In this document: one piece after another, positions 9,708 to 19,857 of the stretch
Layout of the letters: every line of letters begins with the position of its first letter
How positions within the stretch are numbered: the first letter of the stretch is position 1
Made by a program: the position numbers and the translations under genes
NCBI GenBank assembly: GCA_963838925.1
Contig: CAWISW010000003.1
Coordinates: 416,001-480,000 of the forward strand
DNA: 64,000 nucleotides
Source of the DNA: an uncultured Nitrososphaerota archaeon
Lineage (GTDB): Archaea > Thermoproteota > Nitrososphaeria > Nitrososphaerales > Gagatemarchaeaceae
Direction: 5' to 3'
The notes under the pieces: model-generated
The model's input: the letters and a program-made list of their open reading frames with translations, nothing else
What the model was told of the DNA's origin: nothing
Databases searched by the model: none

Positions 9708-10838
9708 GTGGAGAAAGACAGGCTCGATCCTTGGGGGGAGACTTTCATCGGGAACTACGAGCGCCTCCACAAGGAGTTCGGGATCGAGCGGATGGAGTCC
9801 ATGGTACCCAGGTTCAAGAAGCCCAGCCTGCACATCAGGCGAGGAATCGACTTCGGTCACCGAGACCTCGGGAGGATCCTCGATGCCGTCGACAACGACA
9901 AGCCCTACGCGGTGATGAGCGGGATCAAGCCCACCGGCAACTTCCACCTGGGGACGAAGATGACCGCCGACGACATGATTTACTTCCAGTCGCTGTCTAA
10001 GAGGTCGACCGTCTTCTACTGCATCGCGGACGTGGAGGCCTACAACGACAACGGGCTCTCGTTCGCTGAGAGCTCGAAGATAGCAGTCCAGAACGTGGCC
10101 GACATCCTCGCCCTCGGGCTCGACCCCGAGAGGGCGATAGTCTACAAGCAGAGCGAGGAGGTCAGGGTCATGAGGCTCTCGACCATATTCTCGAGCGGGG
10201 TGACGAACAACATGCTCAGGGCCATCTACGGCGAGAGGCAGATCACCCTCTACCTTTCTGCGCTCATCCAGGTCGGCGACATACTCATGCCGCAGCTGAA
10301 GGAGTTCGGCGGGCCGAAGCCCGTGCTCGTCCCCGTCGGGGCCGACCAGGACCCGCACCTCAGGCTCACGCGGGACATCGCGAACGCCTACCACCAGGAC
10401 TTCGGCTTCATCCCTCCCTCGTCGATCTACCACAAGCTGCTCAAGAGCCTGGACGGGAGTACGAAGATGTCGAAGAGGAGCGCTGCCTCGTCCTTCACGC
10501 TCGACGAGCAGCCGGCCGCCGCCGCGAAGAAGGTGATGTCCGGATTCACGGGAGGGAGGGCGAGCGTCGAGGAGCAGCGCAAGCTCGGCGGCGAGGCGGA
10601 CAAGTGCCCGGTCTACGACCTCTACCTCTACCACTTCGCGATGGAGGACGAGTACGCGAAGAGGGTGTACGACGAGTGCTACAAGGGGATCAGGATGTGC
10701 GGGGAGTGCAAGCAGGAGCTCGCCGCCATCGTCAAGCGTTATCTAGAGGAGCACAGGCGCAAGCGCGACTCCCTGATGAAGGACGCCGAGGAGCTTTTGA
10801 GTAAGAGCAAGAAGAAGCTTGCCACCCTCGCGAGTTAG
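9708..10838 (+). CDS. trpS: Tryptophanyl-tRNA synthetase
   Basis: SGIKPTGNFHLG, VPVGADQDPH, KMSK, C-terminal CGECK. Confidence 0.95.
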   Translation: MEKDRLDPWGETFIGNYERLHKEFGIERMESMVPRFKKPSLHIRRGIDFGHRDLGRILDAVDNDKPYAVMSGIKPTGNFHLGTKMTADDMIYFQSLSKRSTVFYCIADVEAYNDNGLSFAESSKIAVQNVADILALGLDPERAIVYKQSEEVRVMRLSTIFSSGVTNNMLRAIYGERQITLYLSALIQVGDILMPQLKEFGGPKPVLVPVGADQDPHLRLTRDIANAYHQDFGFIPPSSIYHKLLKSLDGSTKMSKRSAASSFTLDEQPAAAAKKVMSGFTGGRASVEEQRKLGGEADKCPVYDLYLYHFAMEDEYAKRVYDECYKGIRMCGECKQELAAIVKRYLEEHRRKRDSLMKDAEELLSKSKKKLATLAS

Positions 10839-10843
10839 TTGCC

Positions 10844-12343
10844 ATGGAGAAGACCCCTCTTCACCCGATCGAGCGCAAGGTCCTCGCGTCCCTGACCGAC
10901 GCCCCGAAGGTATTCGACGCGCTCGTATCGTCGTCTGGCCTCCTCCCCGACCAGGTGCGGCGGTCCCTCTCGTGGCTCTCCTCGAAGGGCCTGGTCGTCA
11001 CGACGGAGGTCACAAGCGCTGAGCTCAAGCTCACGAGCCCCCCTCCCGAGCTGGTCTTCCTCGAGAGCCTGCGGGAGGGCGGTGGGGAGTCGTCGGTCGC
11101 GCGCCTCAGGAACTCCCTCGGCGAGGACCGGGGCTTCTCGGCCGCGATGGGGCGCGCCATCTCCGCGGGATGGGTGGAGGTGAAGGAGGGGATGATGGGC
11201 CAGATCGTCGTGCTGAAGGACAAGGAGGCGGGCAGGGAGCTGGAGGGCATCGTCGCGCTCCTCAAGAAGGGGACGAACGAGACGAGCGTGCCCGACGCTC
11301 AGAAGGGGACGTTGTCCGACCTCGTCAAGAGGGGCCTTGTCGAGAGGAAGGAGACCAAGACGGTGAGCATCACGATAACACCCGACGGCGCCGAGGCGCT
11401 AAAGTCCGCCGAGGACCAGGGCTTCGACAAGCTGACCCCCGAGATACTCTCCTCCATCAGGGCGACGGGGCTTGACGTGAAGCTCAGGCCCATCGACGTG
11501 AGCGCGAGCGCGCCCGAGTTCCACCCCGGCCGCAGGCACCCGGTCAAGGAGCTCATCGCGGAGGTCAGGGAGGTCTACCTCTCCATGGGGTTCTCCGAGA
11601 TCGTCGGCGAGGCGGCCCAGCCTGCCTTCTGGAACTTCGACGCGCTATTCACGCCCCAGGACCACCCCGCGCGCGAGCTGCAGGACACCTTCTACGTCAA
11701 GGGGATGCGCGACGAGAGGATTACAAGGACCGGGGTCGTCGCGAACGTGGCGGCTGCGCACGAGTCGGGCTGGGAGACCGGGAGCAAGGGGTGGCGATAC
11801 AAGTGGAACGTCGAGGAGGCGCGCCGCCTCGTGCTGAGGACGCACAACACCGCGGTCACGATCCAGGCGACGCGGGACTCGGGTGGCGCGGAGACGAGGG
11901 TCTTCAGCGTGGCCAGGGTATACAGGAACGAGAGCCTCGACTACAAGCACCTCGCCGAGCTGCACCAGATGGAGGGGATCGTGATCGGCGAGGGCCTGAA
12001 CCTCCGCCACCTCATGGGCGTCCTCACAAAGTTCTACGGGAAGCTGGGCATGAGCGGGGTCAAGCTGTGGCCATCCTTCTTCCCCTACACGGAGCCCTCG
12101 ATGCAGGTGATGGTCTACTACGACAAGGTGGGCAAGTGGCTCGAGATGGGCGGCTCCGGGATCTTCAGGCCGGAGGTCACGCTCCCCCTCGGAGTCAAGA
12201 AGCCGGTCATCGCGTGGGGGTGCGGCCTCGAGCGGCTCCTGATGCTCAGGCTCGGGATGGAGGACATCAGGGAGCTTTACAACAACGACCTCGGTTGGCT
12301 GAGGGAGAGAAGAGAGATTGCCGGTCCTCAAGATATACTTTAG
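10844..12343 (+). CDS. pheS: Phenylalanyl-tRNA synthetase alpha subunit
   Basis: FWNFDALFTPQDHPARELQDTFY, LRTHNT, FFPYTEPS, GSGIFRPEV. Confidence 0.97.
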   Translation: MEKTPLHPIERKVLASLTDAPKVFDALVSSSGLLPDQVRRSLSWLSSKGLVVTTEVTSAELKLTSPPPELVFLESLREGGGESSVARLRNSLGEDRGFSAAMGRAISAGWVEVKEGMMGQIVVLKDKEAGRELEGIVALLKKGTNETSVPDAQKGTLSDLVKRGLVERKETKTVSITITPDGAEALKSAEDQGFDKLTPEILSSIRATGLDVKLRPIDVSASAPEFHPGRRHPVKELIAEVREVYLSMGFSEIVGEAAQPAFWNFDALFTPQDHPARELQDTFYVKGMRDERITRTGVVANVAAAHESGWETGSKGWRYKWNVEEARRLVLRTHNTAVTIQATRDSGGAETRVFSVARVYRNESLDYKHLAELHQMEGIVIGEGLNLRHLMGVLTKFYGKLGMSGVKLWPSFFPYTEPSMQVMVYYDKVGKWLEMGGSGIFRPEVTLPLGVKKPVIAWGCGLERLLMLRLGMEDIRELYNNDLGWLRERREIAGPQDIL

Positions 12344-13955
12344 CCGCTTCGAGCGGCTCTCGGGCCTCTCGAAGGAGAAGATCCTCGACAGGCTCCCATA
12401 CCTGGGCCTCGACATCGAGGGGACCGACAAGGAGTCGGTGAGGATAGAGTACAACCCCAACAGGCCGGACTTCTCCACGGACTATGGGATCGCGAGGGCC
12501 CTCAGGGGGCTCGTCGGGAAGGAAACCGGGGTAAGGCCCTACCGGACGGTTCCCGGGAAGGTGACCGTCTTCGCCGACAAGGGCCTCCCCAAGGTCCGAC
12601 CCTTCATCGCGTGCGCCGTCGCGAGGAACCTCAAGCTCGACGACGAGACGGTTAGGCAGCTCATCTCGATGCAGGAGGACCTCCACAACGGCCTCGGCAG
12701 GAAGAGGAGGAAGGTCGCCATCGGCCTCCACAACCTCGAGGCGATAGCGTTCCCGGCGTACTACAGCGGCAAGCCCGCGAGCTTCGCGTTCGCCCCCCTC
12801 GGCTCCTCCGAGGAGATGACCGTCGAGGAGATCCTCAAGGACACGGAGACGGGGCAGACATACGGGCACATACTCGAGGGGGCCCCCGCCTACCCGATGC
12901 TCTACGACTCGGAGGGCACCGTCCTCTCGTTCCCTCCGATAATCAACGGCCAGAAGACCAAGGTCGAGACGACCACCCGCGGCCTCTTCGTGGACGTCAC
13001 CTCGACGGACGCGAGGCTCGGGAACGAGGCGCTCGCGATAATCTGCTGCGCCCTCGCGGACGCCGGCGCCACCATCGAGACGGTGACGGTGAAGTACGCC
13101 AAGGCGAAGAGCGTCACGCCCGACCTCGCGCCATCAAAGATGAGGTTCGACGGGAAGCTCGCCCAGGCGGCGACAGGCCTCGCCCTCTCGAAGAAGGAGA
13201 TGAAGGACTCCCTCCGGAGGAGCCGCCTAGACGTCGACGGAAAGGGGCTCGCGGTCATCCCGTGCTACAGGGTCGACATCCTCCACCAGGTGGACCTCGC
13301 GGAGGAGGTCGTCATCGGCTACGGCCTAGACAAGATGACCCCCCAGTACCCGCCGAGCAGCGACGCGGGAAGGTTCGACCAGAAGATCACGTTCGTGGAA
13401 GGGATGTGCCTGACCTTGGCCGAGGCTGGGTTCGACGAGACGATGAGCTTCGACCTCATGGACGAGCCCACGCTCTACGGCAGGTTCGGGAGGAGTTCGG
13501 ACTCGAAGATTGAGGTCGAGAACCCAAGGAGCGCGGAGCACTACCTCCTTCGCGACTCCCTGCTTCCCTCGCTCATGGGGTTGCTGAGCCGCAACACGAA
13601 GAACGAGTACCCCCAGCGCGTCTTCGAGGCCGGGAAGATCTTCCTTCGTGCAGGCTCAGGCCTCAAGGAGGGCTCGTCAATCGCCGCGCTCTCCGCCCAC
13701 TCTTCTTCCTCCTTCACGGAGGCGAAGATGCACATGGAGGCCCTCGTCAAGAGGCACTTCGGAGAGGCAGCAGAGACGCGCCCCGCGTCGCACTGGGCTT
13801 TCGCAGACGGCAGGTGCGCCGAGGCCCTGGTCAGGGGAGTCTCCCTGGGGTACCTAGGGGAGGTCAAGCCCAGCGCCCTCGCAGCCTTCGGCGTCGACGT
13901 GCCCGTCTGCGGGTTCGAGCTCGACCTCACGCAGAGAAGCAGACCGCGGGCATAG
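12318..13955 (+). CDS. pheT: Phenylalanyl-tRNA synthetase beta subunit
   Basis: NPNRPD, QEDLH.GLGRKR.KVAIG.H, SFPPIIN, YRVDILH.VDL.EE. Confidence 0.96.
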   Translation: MPVLKIYFSRFERLSGLSKEKILDRLPYLGLDIEGTDKESVRIEYNPNRPDFSTDYGIARALRGLVGKETGVRPYRTVPGKVTVFADKGLPKVRPFIACAVARNLKLDDETVRQLISMQEDLHNGLGRKRRKVAIGLHNLEAIAFPAYYSGKPASFAFAPLGSSEEMTVEEILKDTETGQTYGHILEGAPAYPMLYDSEGTVLSFPPIINGQKTKVETTTRGLFVDVTSTDARLGNEALAIICCALADAGATIETVTVKYAKAKSVTPDLAPSKMRFDGKLAQAATGLALSKKEMKDSLRRSRLDVDGKGLAVIPCYRVDILHQVDLAEEVVIGYGLDKMTPQYPPSSDAGRFDQKITFVEGMCLTLAEAGFDETMSFDLMDEPTLYGRFGRSSDSKIEVENPRSAEHYLLRDSLLPSLMGLLSRNTKNEYPQRVFEAGKIFLRAGSGLKEGSSIAALSAHSSSSFTEAKMHMEALVKRHFGEAAETRPASHWAFADGRCAEALVRGVSLGYLGEVKPSALAAFGVDVPVCGFELDLTQRSRPRA

Positions 13956-14044
13956 GCTTTAAGGAGCCGCGGCGAAAGCGGACTCTGGCTTCCGTCCTAC
14001 TGCACGCAATAAACGGCCACCCGCGAAGGCGACTAAAAATTGCT

Positions 14045-14092
14045 ATGATGAACGGATGGTTTACCCAGTCGTGCTACAGACGGAAGCCACTT
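14045..14092 (+). ncRNA. Candidate box C/D-like sRNA
   Basis: ATGATGA-N12-CCCAGTC, same layout as 425-450. Confidence 0.3.
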
Positions 14093-14118
14093 AAATGGGG
14101 AGAGCCGCTCGGCAGCTC

Positions 14119-14194
14119 GGCCCGCATAAAGAGGCTCGGCAACGGCGGCGAGAGCCGCGGGATGAGTCGGGCTGTTCAGAGGCGGGCCACATAA
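14119..14194 (+). ncRNA. Candidate single-hairpin H/ACA guide RNA
   Basis: Lower stem GGCCCGC/GCGGGCC followed directly by ACA; internal pocket; upper stem; GGGATGA K-turn-like box; 15 nt from upper stem to ACA; TTAAAT about 25 nt upstream. Confidence 0.6.
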
Positions 14195-14215
14195 TAGTTA
14201 CAAGCACGGGGCGTC

Positions 14216-14662
14216 TTGCCGGACCTCGTGTCCCCCGCCGACATCCAGAGGGAGGAAAGGAGGTTCAGGGAGTTCGCCACCTTCCTCGGGGACTTTGTGA
14301 AGGAGCTCAACGACCTCTCCTCGGAGGGGGGCGCGGTCCTCGTGGAAGGCAAGAGGGACGTGGAGGCCCTCGTGGGCCTAGGCTACTCCGGCCCGCTATT
14401 CACCGTCTCGATCCTCACCGCCAACGCCGCGTCCAGGGAGAGGCTAAGGAAGGGCGTGAGCAAGATGGTGATTCTCACCGACATGGACGCGGAGGGGCGA
14501 CGGCTCGCGTCGAGGTACGTGAAGTTCCTCGCGAAGGAGGGCGTGCCCGTCTCTCTCGCGCAGAGGCGCAGGCTCTCGAAGGCGTCGAGGGGCGTCTTCC
14601 TGCACGTCGAGAACCTCAGGAGGTTCTCGCTCGGCGGGGAACGCTTGGCAGACTTGGGATAA
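14216..14662 (+). CDS. Small Toprim domain protein
   Basis: VLVEGKRD, ILTDMDAEG. Confidence 0.85.
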   Translation: MPDLVSPADIQREERRFREFATFLGDFVKELNDLSSEGGAVLVEGKRDVEALVGLGYSGPLFTVSILTANAASRERLRKGVSKMVILTDMDAEGRRLASRYVKFLAKEGVPVSLAQRRRLSKASRGVFLHVENLRRFSLGGERLADLG

Positions 14663-14746
14663 GGGTTTAAATAAAGGGCAACGGGCGCTTGCCCTAAGTT
14701 ACGCTCAGATACGTTAACAAGCTAACAACGAGTTGAATGAAAGCAG

Positions 14747-16024
14747 TTGCCTGATTCGGCGATAGTAAAGTACCTCGTCAAACTGAGGTTCGACGTAGAC
14801 GGTGTGGTCGAGAAGGCGGACTTGATTGGCGCAATCTTCGGCCAGACCGAGGGGCTCTTCGGCCCTGAGATGAACCTAAACGAACTCCAGAAGACGTGGA
14901 AAGTCGGACGAATAGAGATCAATCTAGAGTCCAAGATGGACAAGACATACGGCTCCATCCTGATCCCGATGTCGACGGACGTCAGCACCGCGGCTCTCAT
15001 CGCCGCGGCTGTCGAGAGCGTCGAAAAGGTCGGTCCTTGCTCCGCGAGGGTGATCCTCGAGGGGATAGAGGACGTCAGGGCGTCCAAGAGGGCACAGATC
15101 GCGGACCGCGCGAAGGACATCATGAAGGAGTGGAGCTCGCGCACCTCGAGCGAGGGCGAGAACCTGCTCAAGGACGTCCAAGAGTCCACAAAGAGGGCGC
15201 GCGTCGTCAACTTCGGCGTGGAGAACCTCCCCGCAGGGCCTGGAGTTTACACGGCGGACGGAGTATACATCGTGGAAGGCAGGGCGGACGTCGTCCTCTT
15301 CCTGAGGGCTGGCATCGAGAACGTGGTGGCCATCGAAGGAACGAGCATACCGCACTCGGTGATCGACCTGAGCAGGAAGAAGAGGATTATCGCGGTCCTC
15401 GACGGCGACAGGGGCGGCGACCTCATCGAGAAGGAGCTGGCCCAGGTCATGAAGGTAGAGAAGGTGATCAGGGCGCCCGACGGCAAGGAGGTCGAGGACC
15501 TCACCCCGATCGAGGTGCACCAGATGCTCAGGGGCGAGCTCGAGGGGCGAAACCCGCGAGCGGCCAGGCAGGAGAGGTCTGAGCGCTACGAGAGGCGCGA
15601 GAGGCCCGAGAGGGCAGAGCGATATGAGAGACGGGAGAGACCCGAGAGGGCCCCCCGGTACGAGAGATACGAGAGGGCGCCTAGGGCGGAGGAGCAGCCA
15701 GCCGGGCCCGCGGTCCCTCCAGTCCCGGCGCCGATGGTAGAGAAGGTCAAGGAGGTCTTCCCATCGATAAACGGGACGCTCGAGGCGATGCTGCTCGACG
15801 AGAACCTCAACGAGAAGGGGCGCCTTCCGATAAGCGAGCTCGTAGCGAAGCTCGACAACGCGGGCGCGACCTATCTGGTCTTCGACGGCATAGTGACACA
15901 GAGGCTGATAGACGCAGCCGGAAAGGCGAGCGTCAAAGGGATAATCGGGCACAGGGTCGGGGAGATCAAGAACATGCCCGAGGGCTTGAGCGTAGGCACA
16001 TTCAGAGACCTACAGCTCGAGTGA
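14747..16024 (+). CDS. dnaG: Archaeal DnaG (exosome-associated primase-like protein)
   Basis: GAIFGQTEGL, IVEGRADV, DGDRGG, FDGIVTQRL. Confidence 0.95.
   Translation: MPDSAIVKYLVKLRFDVDGVVEKADLIGAIFGQTEGLFGPEMNLNELQKTWKVGRIEINLESKMDKTYGSILIPMSTDVSTAALIAAAVESVEKVGPCSARVILEGIEDVRASKRAQIADRAKDIMKEWSSRTSSEGENLLKDVQESTKRARVVNFGVENLPAGPGVYTADGVYIVEGRADVVLFLRAGIENVVAIEGTSIPHSVIDLSRKKRIIAVLDGDRGGDLIEKELAQVMKVEKVIRAPDGKEVEDLTPIEVHQMLRGELEGRNPRAARQERSERYERRERPERAERYERRERPERAPRYERYERAPRAEEQPAGPAVPPVPAPMVEKVKEVFPSINGTLEAMLLDENLNEKGRLPISELVAKLDNAGATYLVFDGIVTQRLIDAAGKASVKGIIGHRVGEIKNMPEGLSVGTFRDLQLE
15572..15685 (+). repeat. Coding tandem repeat (ERYERRERPERA) in the DnaG linker
   Basis: Imperfect 36-bp units. 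Confidence 0.7.
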
Positions 16025-16028
16025 GCGC

Positions 16029-17108
16029 TTGATAGTAAGCGAGTTCATCCCAAAGCAAGGCATCTGCAGGCTCACAGTGGAGTCTCCGGACGACCTCTGG
16101 ACCCTGCGCAGGCTCCTCGCCATCGGCGACACCGTCGTCACGAAGAGCTCCCGCGTCTCCAAGAGGGAGGGCGACTACACGAGGCCCGACAAGGGAGAGC
16201 GGATCAAGGTCACCATCGCCCTCAAGATCGAGGGGATCACCCTGGACAGCAGCGTCGGCAGGCTCCGGATCAGGGGCAAGATAGTCGAGGCGAGCGACGA
16301 CAGCGTCACCAAGGCCGGCTCCCACTCGCTCCTCCTCTCTCCGGGCCAGGAGCTGACGATCAGGAAGGAGGACTGGGGGCCCTCCGACACGAGGGTCCTC
16401 AACTCCTCGACAGAGTCCGAGCGCAGGTTCCTCCTGGTCGCGATAGACCGGAGGGAGGCGGGCGTAGGCCTGCTCACCGGCTCCCACCTCACCATCGTCT
16501 CCACCCTGGAGTCGGGCGCGTCTGGGAAGGGGGGCTCGAACCAGAAGGAGGTCGACATGCAGCCCTACTTCAGCAAGGTCCTCCAGCTCCTGAAGGCCAC
16601 CTGGCGCGAGGGCGACGTCGTCGTGGTGGCGGGGCCCGGGAACACGAAGCTCACGATGGAGAACCTCCTCAGGAAGGACCCCGACCTGAGGAAGAACGAG
16701 GTCCTCGTGGAGGGCTTCGACCTCTCCGGGGCGGACGGCGTGAGGGCGCTGGTAAAGTCCGAGGGGTTCAGGAAGGTGGCGAGCGACAGCGTCCTGGTCG
16801 AGGTCCAGGAGGCGGTCGAGGAGGCCATCAGGCGGATATCGCGGGGGGAGAAGAGGATCGCCTACACGCTCGCGCGGGTCTCCGAGGCCGGCAAGGCCGG
16901 GGCGGTGGAGAAGTGCATCGTCTCGGACGACGTCTTCGCCAACAACCTCGACGAGAACGAGCTCGTCAGGACGCTCAACGGGATCGAGGAGAAGGGAGGC
17001 AAGGTCTTCCTTTGCGACTCCTCGCTGGAGACCGGAAAGCAGGTCTCCGCGCTTGGGGGGATAGTCGCCCTTCTGCGGTACGACATCTCGACCATGCCTC
17101 AGCGCTAG
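16029..17108 (+). CDS. pelA: Pelota/Dom34 mRNA surveillance factor
   Basis: ESPDDLWTL, RLRIRGKI, VAGPG, LGGIVALLRY. Confidence 0.93.
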   Translation: MIVSEFIPKQGICRLTVESPDDLWTLRRLLAIGDTVVTKSSRVSKREGDYTRPDKGERIKVTIALKIEGITLDSSVGRLRIRGKIVEASDDSVTKAGSHSLLLSPGQELTIRKEDWGPSDTRVLNSSTESERRFLLVAIDRREAGVGLLTGSHLTIVSTLESGASGKGGSNQKEVDMQPYFSKVLQLLKATWREGDVVVVAGPGNTKLTMENLLRKDPDLRKNEVLVEGFDLSGADGVRALVKSEGFRKVASDSVLVEVQEAVEEAIRRISRGEKRIAYTLARVSEAGKAGAVEKCIVSDDVFANNLDENELVRTLNGIEEKGGKVFLCDSSLETGKQVSALGGIVALLRYDISTMPQR

Positions 17109-17434
17109 CCGATAAGACCGCCGACAACGGGAATTATGAATTCGGTGATGATGACAAGCAGGACTCCCCCTATGATGAGATCCTTGCCCAGCCTTCGGCC
17201 GAGGTGCGTATAGTAGAGGAGGACTCCGACCAACAGACACGTGACATAGGCGACTCGGACAATGTCAACCACGGCTGTGTTTATGGCAATGAGGGTTGCG
17301 GTCGTTTCAGACGCGAACTGGCTCGCGTATTGTTGGATTCCCGCCTCGATTCCGGTCGGTTGGGCCGCGTCCAAAATAGCTAGTCCCATGGCGGACGCGA
17401 CTGCTGGCAGAACCAGCAAGAGCGACGGGGTCAT
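17105..17434 (-). CDS. Small membrane protein, possibly pilin-like (TrbC/VirB2-like)
   Basis: Two hydrophobic segments separated by RRLGKDLIIGG. Confidence 0.5.
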   Translation of the reverse strand: MTPSLLLVLPAVASAMGLAILDAAQPTGIEAGIQQYASQFASETTATLIAINTAVVDIVRVAYVTCLLVGVLLYYTHLGRRLGKDLIIGGVLLVIITEFIIPVVGGLIG

Positions 17435-17474
17435 CCCCCTGATAGTCTAATCCGCTATTTAACCGGCAACGCGG

Positions 17475-18782
17475 TCAGGTCGGCTGGAACGCGCCGGCGA
17501 TGTAGGGCCCCGCGATGACCGCGAAGAGCGCGAAGAAGATCGCGAGGGTCACGCCCGTCGTGACCCGCCTCGCGAGCTCCTCGCTAATCCTCCCCCTCCC
17601 CGCGCCCGTCAGCGCGACCTGGAAGGCCTGCCCTCCGTCCATGGGGTAGATGGGGAGGCTGTTGAATATCGCGAGGTTGAAGTTGACGAAGAACATCCAG
17701 AAGAGGGCCGAGGTGACCAGGGGGGTCATGCCCCCGAGGGGCGAGGTGTAGAACGGGGAGAGCACGTCGGAGAACGGCACCCTGTACTCGGACGTCGCGA
17801 ACGTCGGGATGTCCACGAGGTACGCGAGCGGGGAGACCTTGTACGCGGTCAGGTAGCTGCTTGCAGTCGACTGCAGAGAGCCGTAGCTCTCCTGGTCCAC
17901 CCCGAGGAAGGGGTAGGTGGCCGTGGAGCTCACGCCGCTGGTCTCGTTGATCGTCGTCACGGTGTAGTTGCTCAGGACCACGTTGTCGATGGTCCTGGTC
18001 TGCCCAGCGCGCCATATGGTGACGTTCACCTTCTCGCCCACGAAGTAAGTCCCGTTGTGCAAGATGCTCAGGTCGGTCACGGGCGCGTTGTTGAGGGCTA
18101 CCACGAAGTCGCCGGGCTTGATCCCCGCCACGTACGCGGGGGAGTGCAGAGACGGGGAGTCGGGCACCACGCCCACGATGCCCGCGCCCTTGACCGCGGG
18201 CACCATCGTCGAGACCGTCAGTATGAGCAGAAGTATGCAGGCGATGCCGACGATGAAGTTGATCCCCGAGCCGGCGCCGAGCACCCTGAGCGAGTCCCTG
18301 CTCCGCGACTGCTTCATCTGCTTGTCGTCCACCTCCACGAACGCCCCGATGGGGAGGAAGGCCAGGAGGAGGACGCCTGCGGCCTTGACCCTCAGGCCGA
18401 GGTTGCGCGCGACGATCCCGTGGGACGCCTCGTGGATGACGACGGCGACGATCACGGCTAGCCAGACACTGAGGGGGAGGTAGGGGTTGATCCCCGGGAG
18501 CAGGAAGTTGGCCAAGGGGGAGATCGTCCGGACGCTCGAGGCGATCGCCGCGCCCTCGGGGGAGAAGTAGAGTGCGGAGACCTCGATTGCGATGACGTAG
18601 ATTGCGATCGCCGCCTCGACCGGGACGAGGGCGACCATAAGCCAGCCCAGCGGCTTGCTGACTCTCCAATTCCCGAGTTTGTCCATCAAACCGAGGCCCC
18701 TCTTCGTCCTGAGCATGAAGAAGAGGAACCAGCGCGAGACGGGCTTGTACTCCTGCGCCTCGTCTTCGGGATTGTCGGACAT
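17475..18782 (-). CDS. Site-2 (M50) intramembrane metalloprotease with PDZ domain
   Basis: HEASHG, GAFVE, SPAYVAGIKPGD, FNSLPIYPMDGG. Confidence 0.93.
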   Translation of the reverse strand: MSDNPEDEAQEYKPVSRWFLFFMLRTKRGLGLMDKLGNWRVSKPLGWLMVALVPVEAAIAIYVIAIEVSALYFSPEGAAIASSVRTISPLANFLLPGINPYLPLSVWLAVIVAVVIHEASHGIVARNLGLRVKAAGVLLLAFLPIGAFVEVDDKQMKQSRSRDSLRVLGAGSGINFIVGIACILLLILTVSTMVPAVKGAGIVGVVPDSPSLHSPAYVAGIKPGDFVVALNNAPVTDLSILHNGTYFVGEKVNVTIWRAGQTRTIDNVVLSNYTVTTINETSGVSSTATYPFLGVDQESYGSLQSTASSYLTAYKVSPLAYLVDIPTFATSEYRVPFSDVLSPFYTSPLGGMTPLVTSALFWMFFVNFNLAIFNSLPIYPMDGGQAFQVALTGAGRGRISEELARRVTTGVTLAIFFALFAVIAGPYIAGAFQPT

Positions 18783-18861
18783 ACCTGTCAGATCAAGTTT
18801 GCTCGCCCGACGAGAACCCTTTAAGGTTTGCACCGGCGCGACCACCTCAGGGCGCGATTTC

Positions 18862-19812
18862 TTGGTGGACTGCTCTAGGTGCGGGCTGAGGCCTTCCTAC
18901 TACACCAGGAGGTATTCGGGGGAGAGTCTCTGCGCGGACTGCTTCCAGGAGACCACCGTCGAGAAGGTGAGGCGTACCATCTCGAAGTACGGCATGCTGC
19001 GCCACGGCGAGAAGGTCGGGGTGGCGGTCTCCGGCGGGAAGGACAGCCTCTCCCTCCTGAGAATGCTCCATGGCCTGAGCGCCGGCGAGGGCTCCGGGGC
19101 GAAGTACGAGCTGGTCGCCCTGACGGTGGACGAGGGGGTCGCCGGATACCGCGACGAGGCCATCGAGCACGCGCGTGCGCTGTGCGGAGAGCTCGGCGTC
19201 GAGCTCGTGCTGGTCTCCTACAGCGAACTATTCGGGTTCAGCCTCGACCAGGCCCTCGACTGGAAGGACGAGCGCGAGCTCTCCTCGTGCAGCATGTGCG
19301 GCGTGTTCCGGAGGCGCGCCATCGACGAGGCGGCGCTCAGGGCGAAGGTGAACGTCGTGGCGACCGCGCACAACCTCGACGACTACGTCCAGACGTTCAT
19401 GATGAACCTCCTCCACGGCGACGTCGAGCGGATTGGCTGGCTCGACCCGTCCGCCTACGACGACAACTTCCCCGTCCGCAGGGTAAAGCCCCTCACGGAG
19501 GTCTACGAGGAGGAGGTCGCCCTCTACGCGTACCTCTCGAAGATACCCTTCCAGAGCGCGAGCTGCCCGTACATGCACGAGGGCCTCAGGAGCGAGGTCC
19601 GCGACTACCTCAACGAGCTCGAGTCAAGGCATCCGGGAATGAAGAACACGCTCTTGAAATCTTCTCTTTCGCTGACTTCCAGGCTGAAACAACCCAAGTC
19701 TAAGGAAAAAATGCTTTGTTCCAAGTGCGGCGCAATTTCTTCCAGTGAGGTATGCGGCGTATGCAGAATGAAAGAGATTATAGCTGAACACACAGGTATC
19801 GGTGCGAAATAA
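18862..19812 (+). CDS. tRNA 2-thiolation protein (TtuA/NcsA/Ctu1 family)
   Basis: SGGKDS, CSMCGVFRR, TAHNLDD, CPY, terminal Zn fingers; start moved to TTG 18862. Confidence 0.9.
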   Translation: MVDCSRCGLRPSYYTRRYSGESLCADCFQETTVEKVRRTISKYGMLRHGEKVGVAVSGGKDSLSLLRMLHGLSAGEGSGAKYELVALTVDEGVAGYRDEAIEHARALCGELGVELVLVSYSELFGFSLDQALDWKDERELSSCSMCGVFRRRAIDEAALRAKVNVVATAHNLDDYVQTFMMNLLHGDVERIGWLDPSAYDDNFPVRRVKPLTEVYEEEVALYAYLSKIPFQSASCPYMHEGLRSEVRDYLNELESRHPGMKNTLLKSSLSLTSRLKQPKSKEKMLCSKCGAISSSEVCGVCRMKEIIAEHTGIGAK

Positions 19813-19857
19813 CCAGCGGTATGTATGTGATTAAATACAACTTCGTCGAATCTCGGT

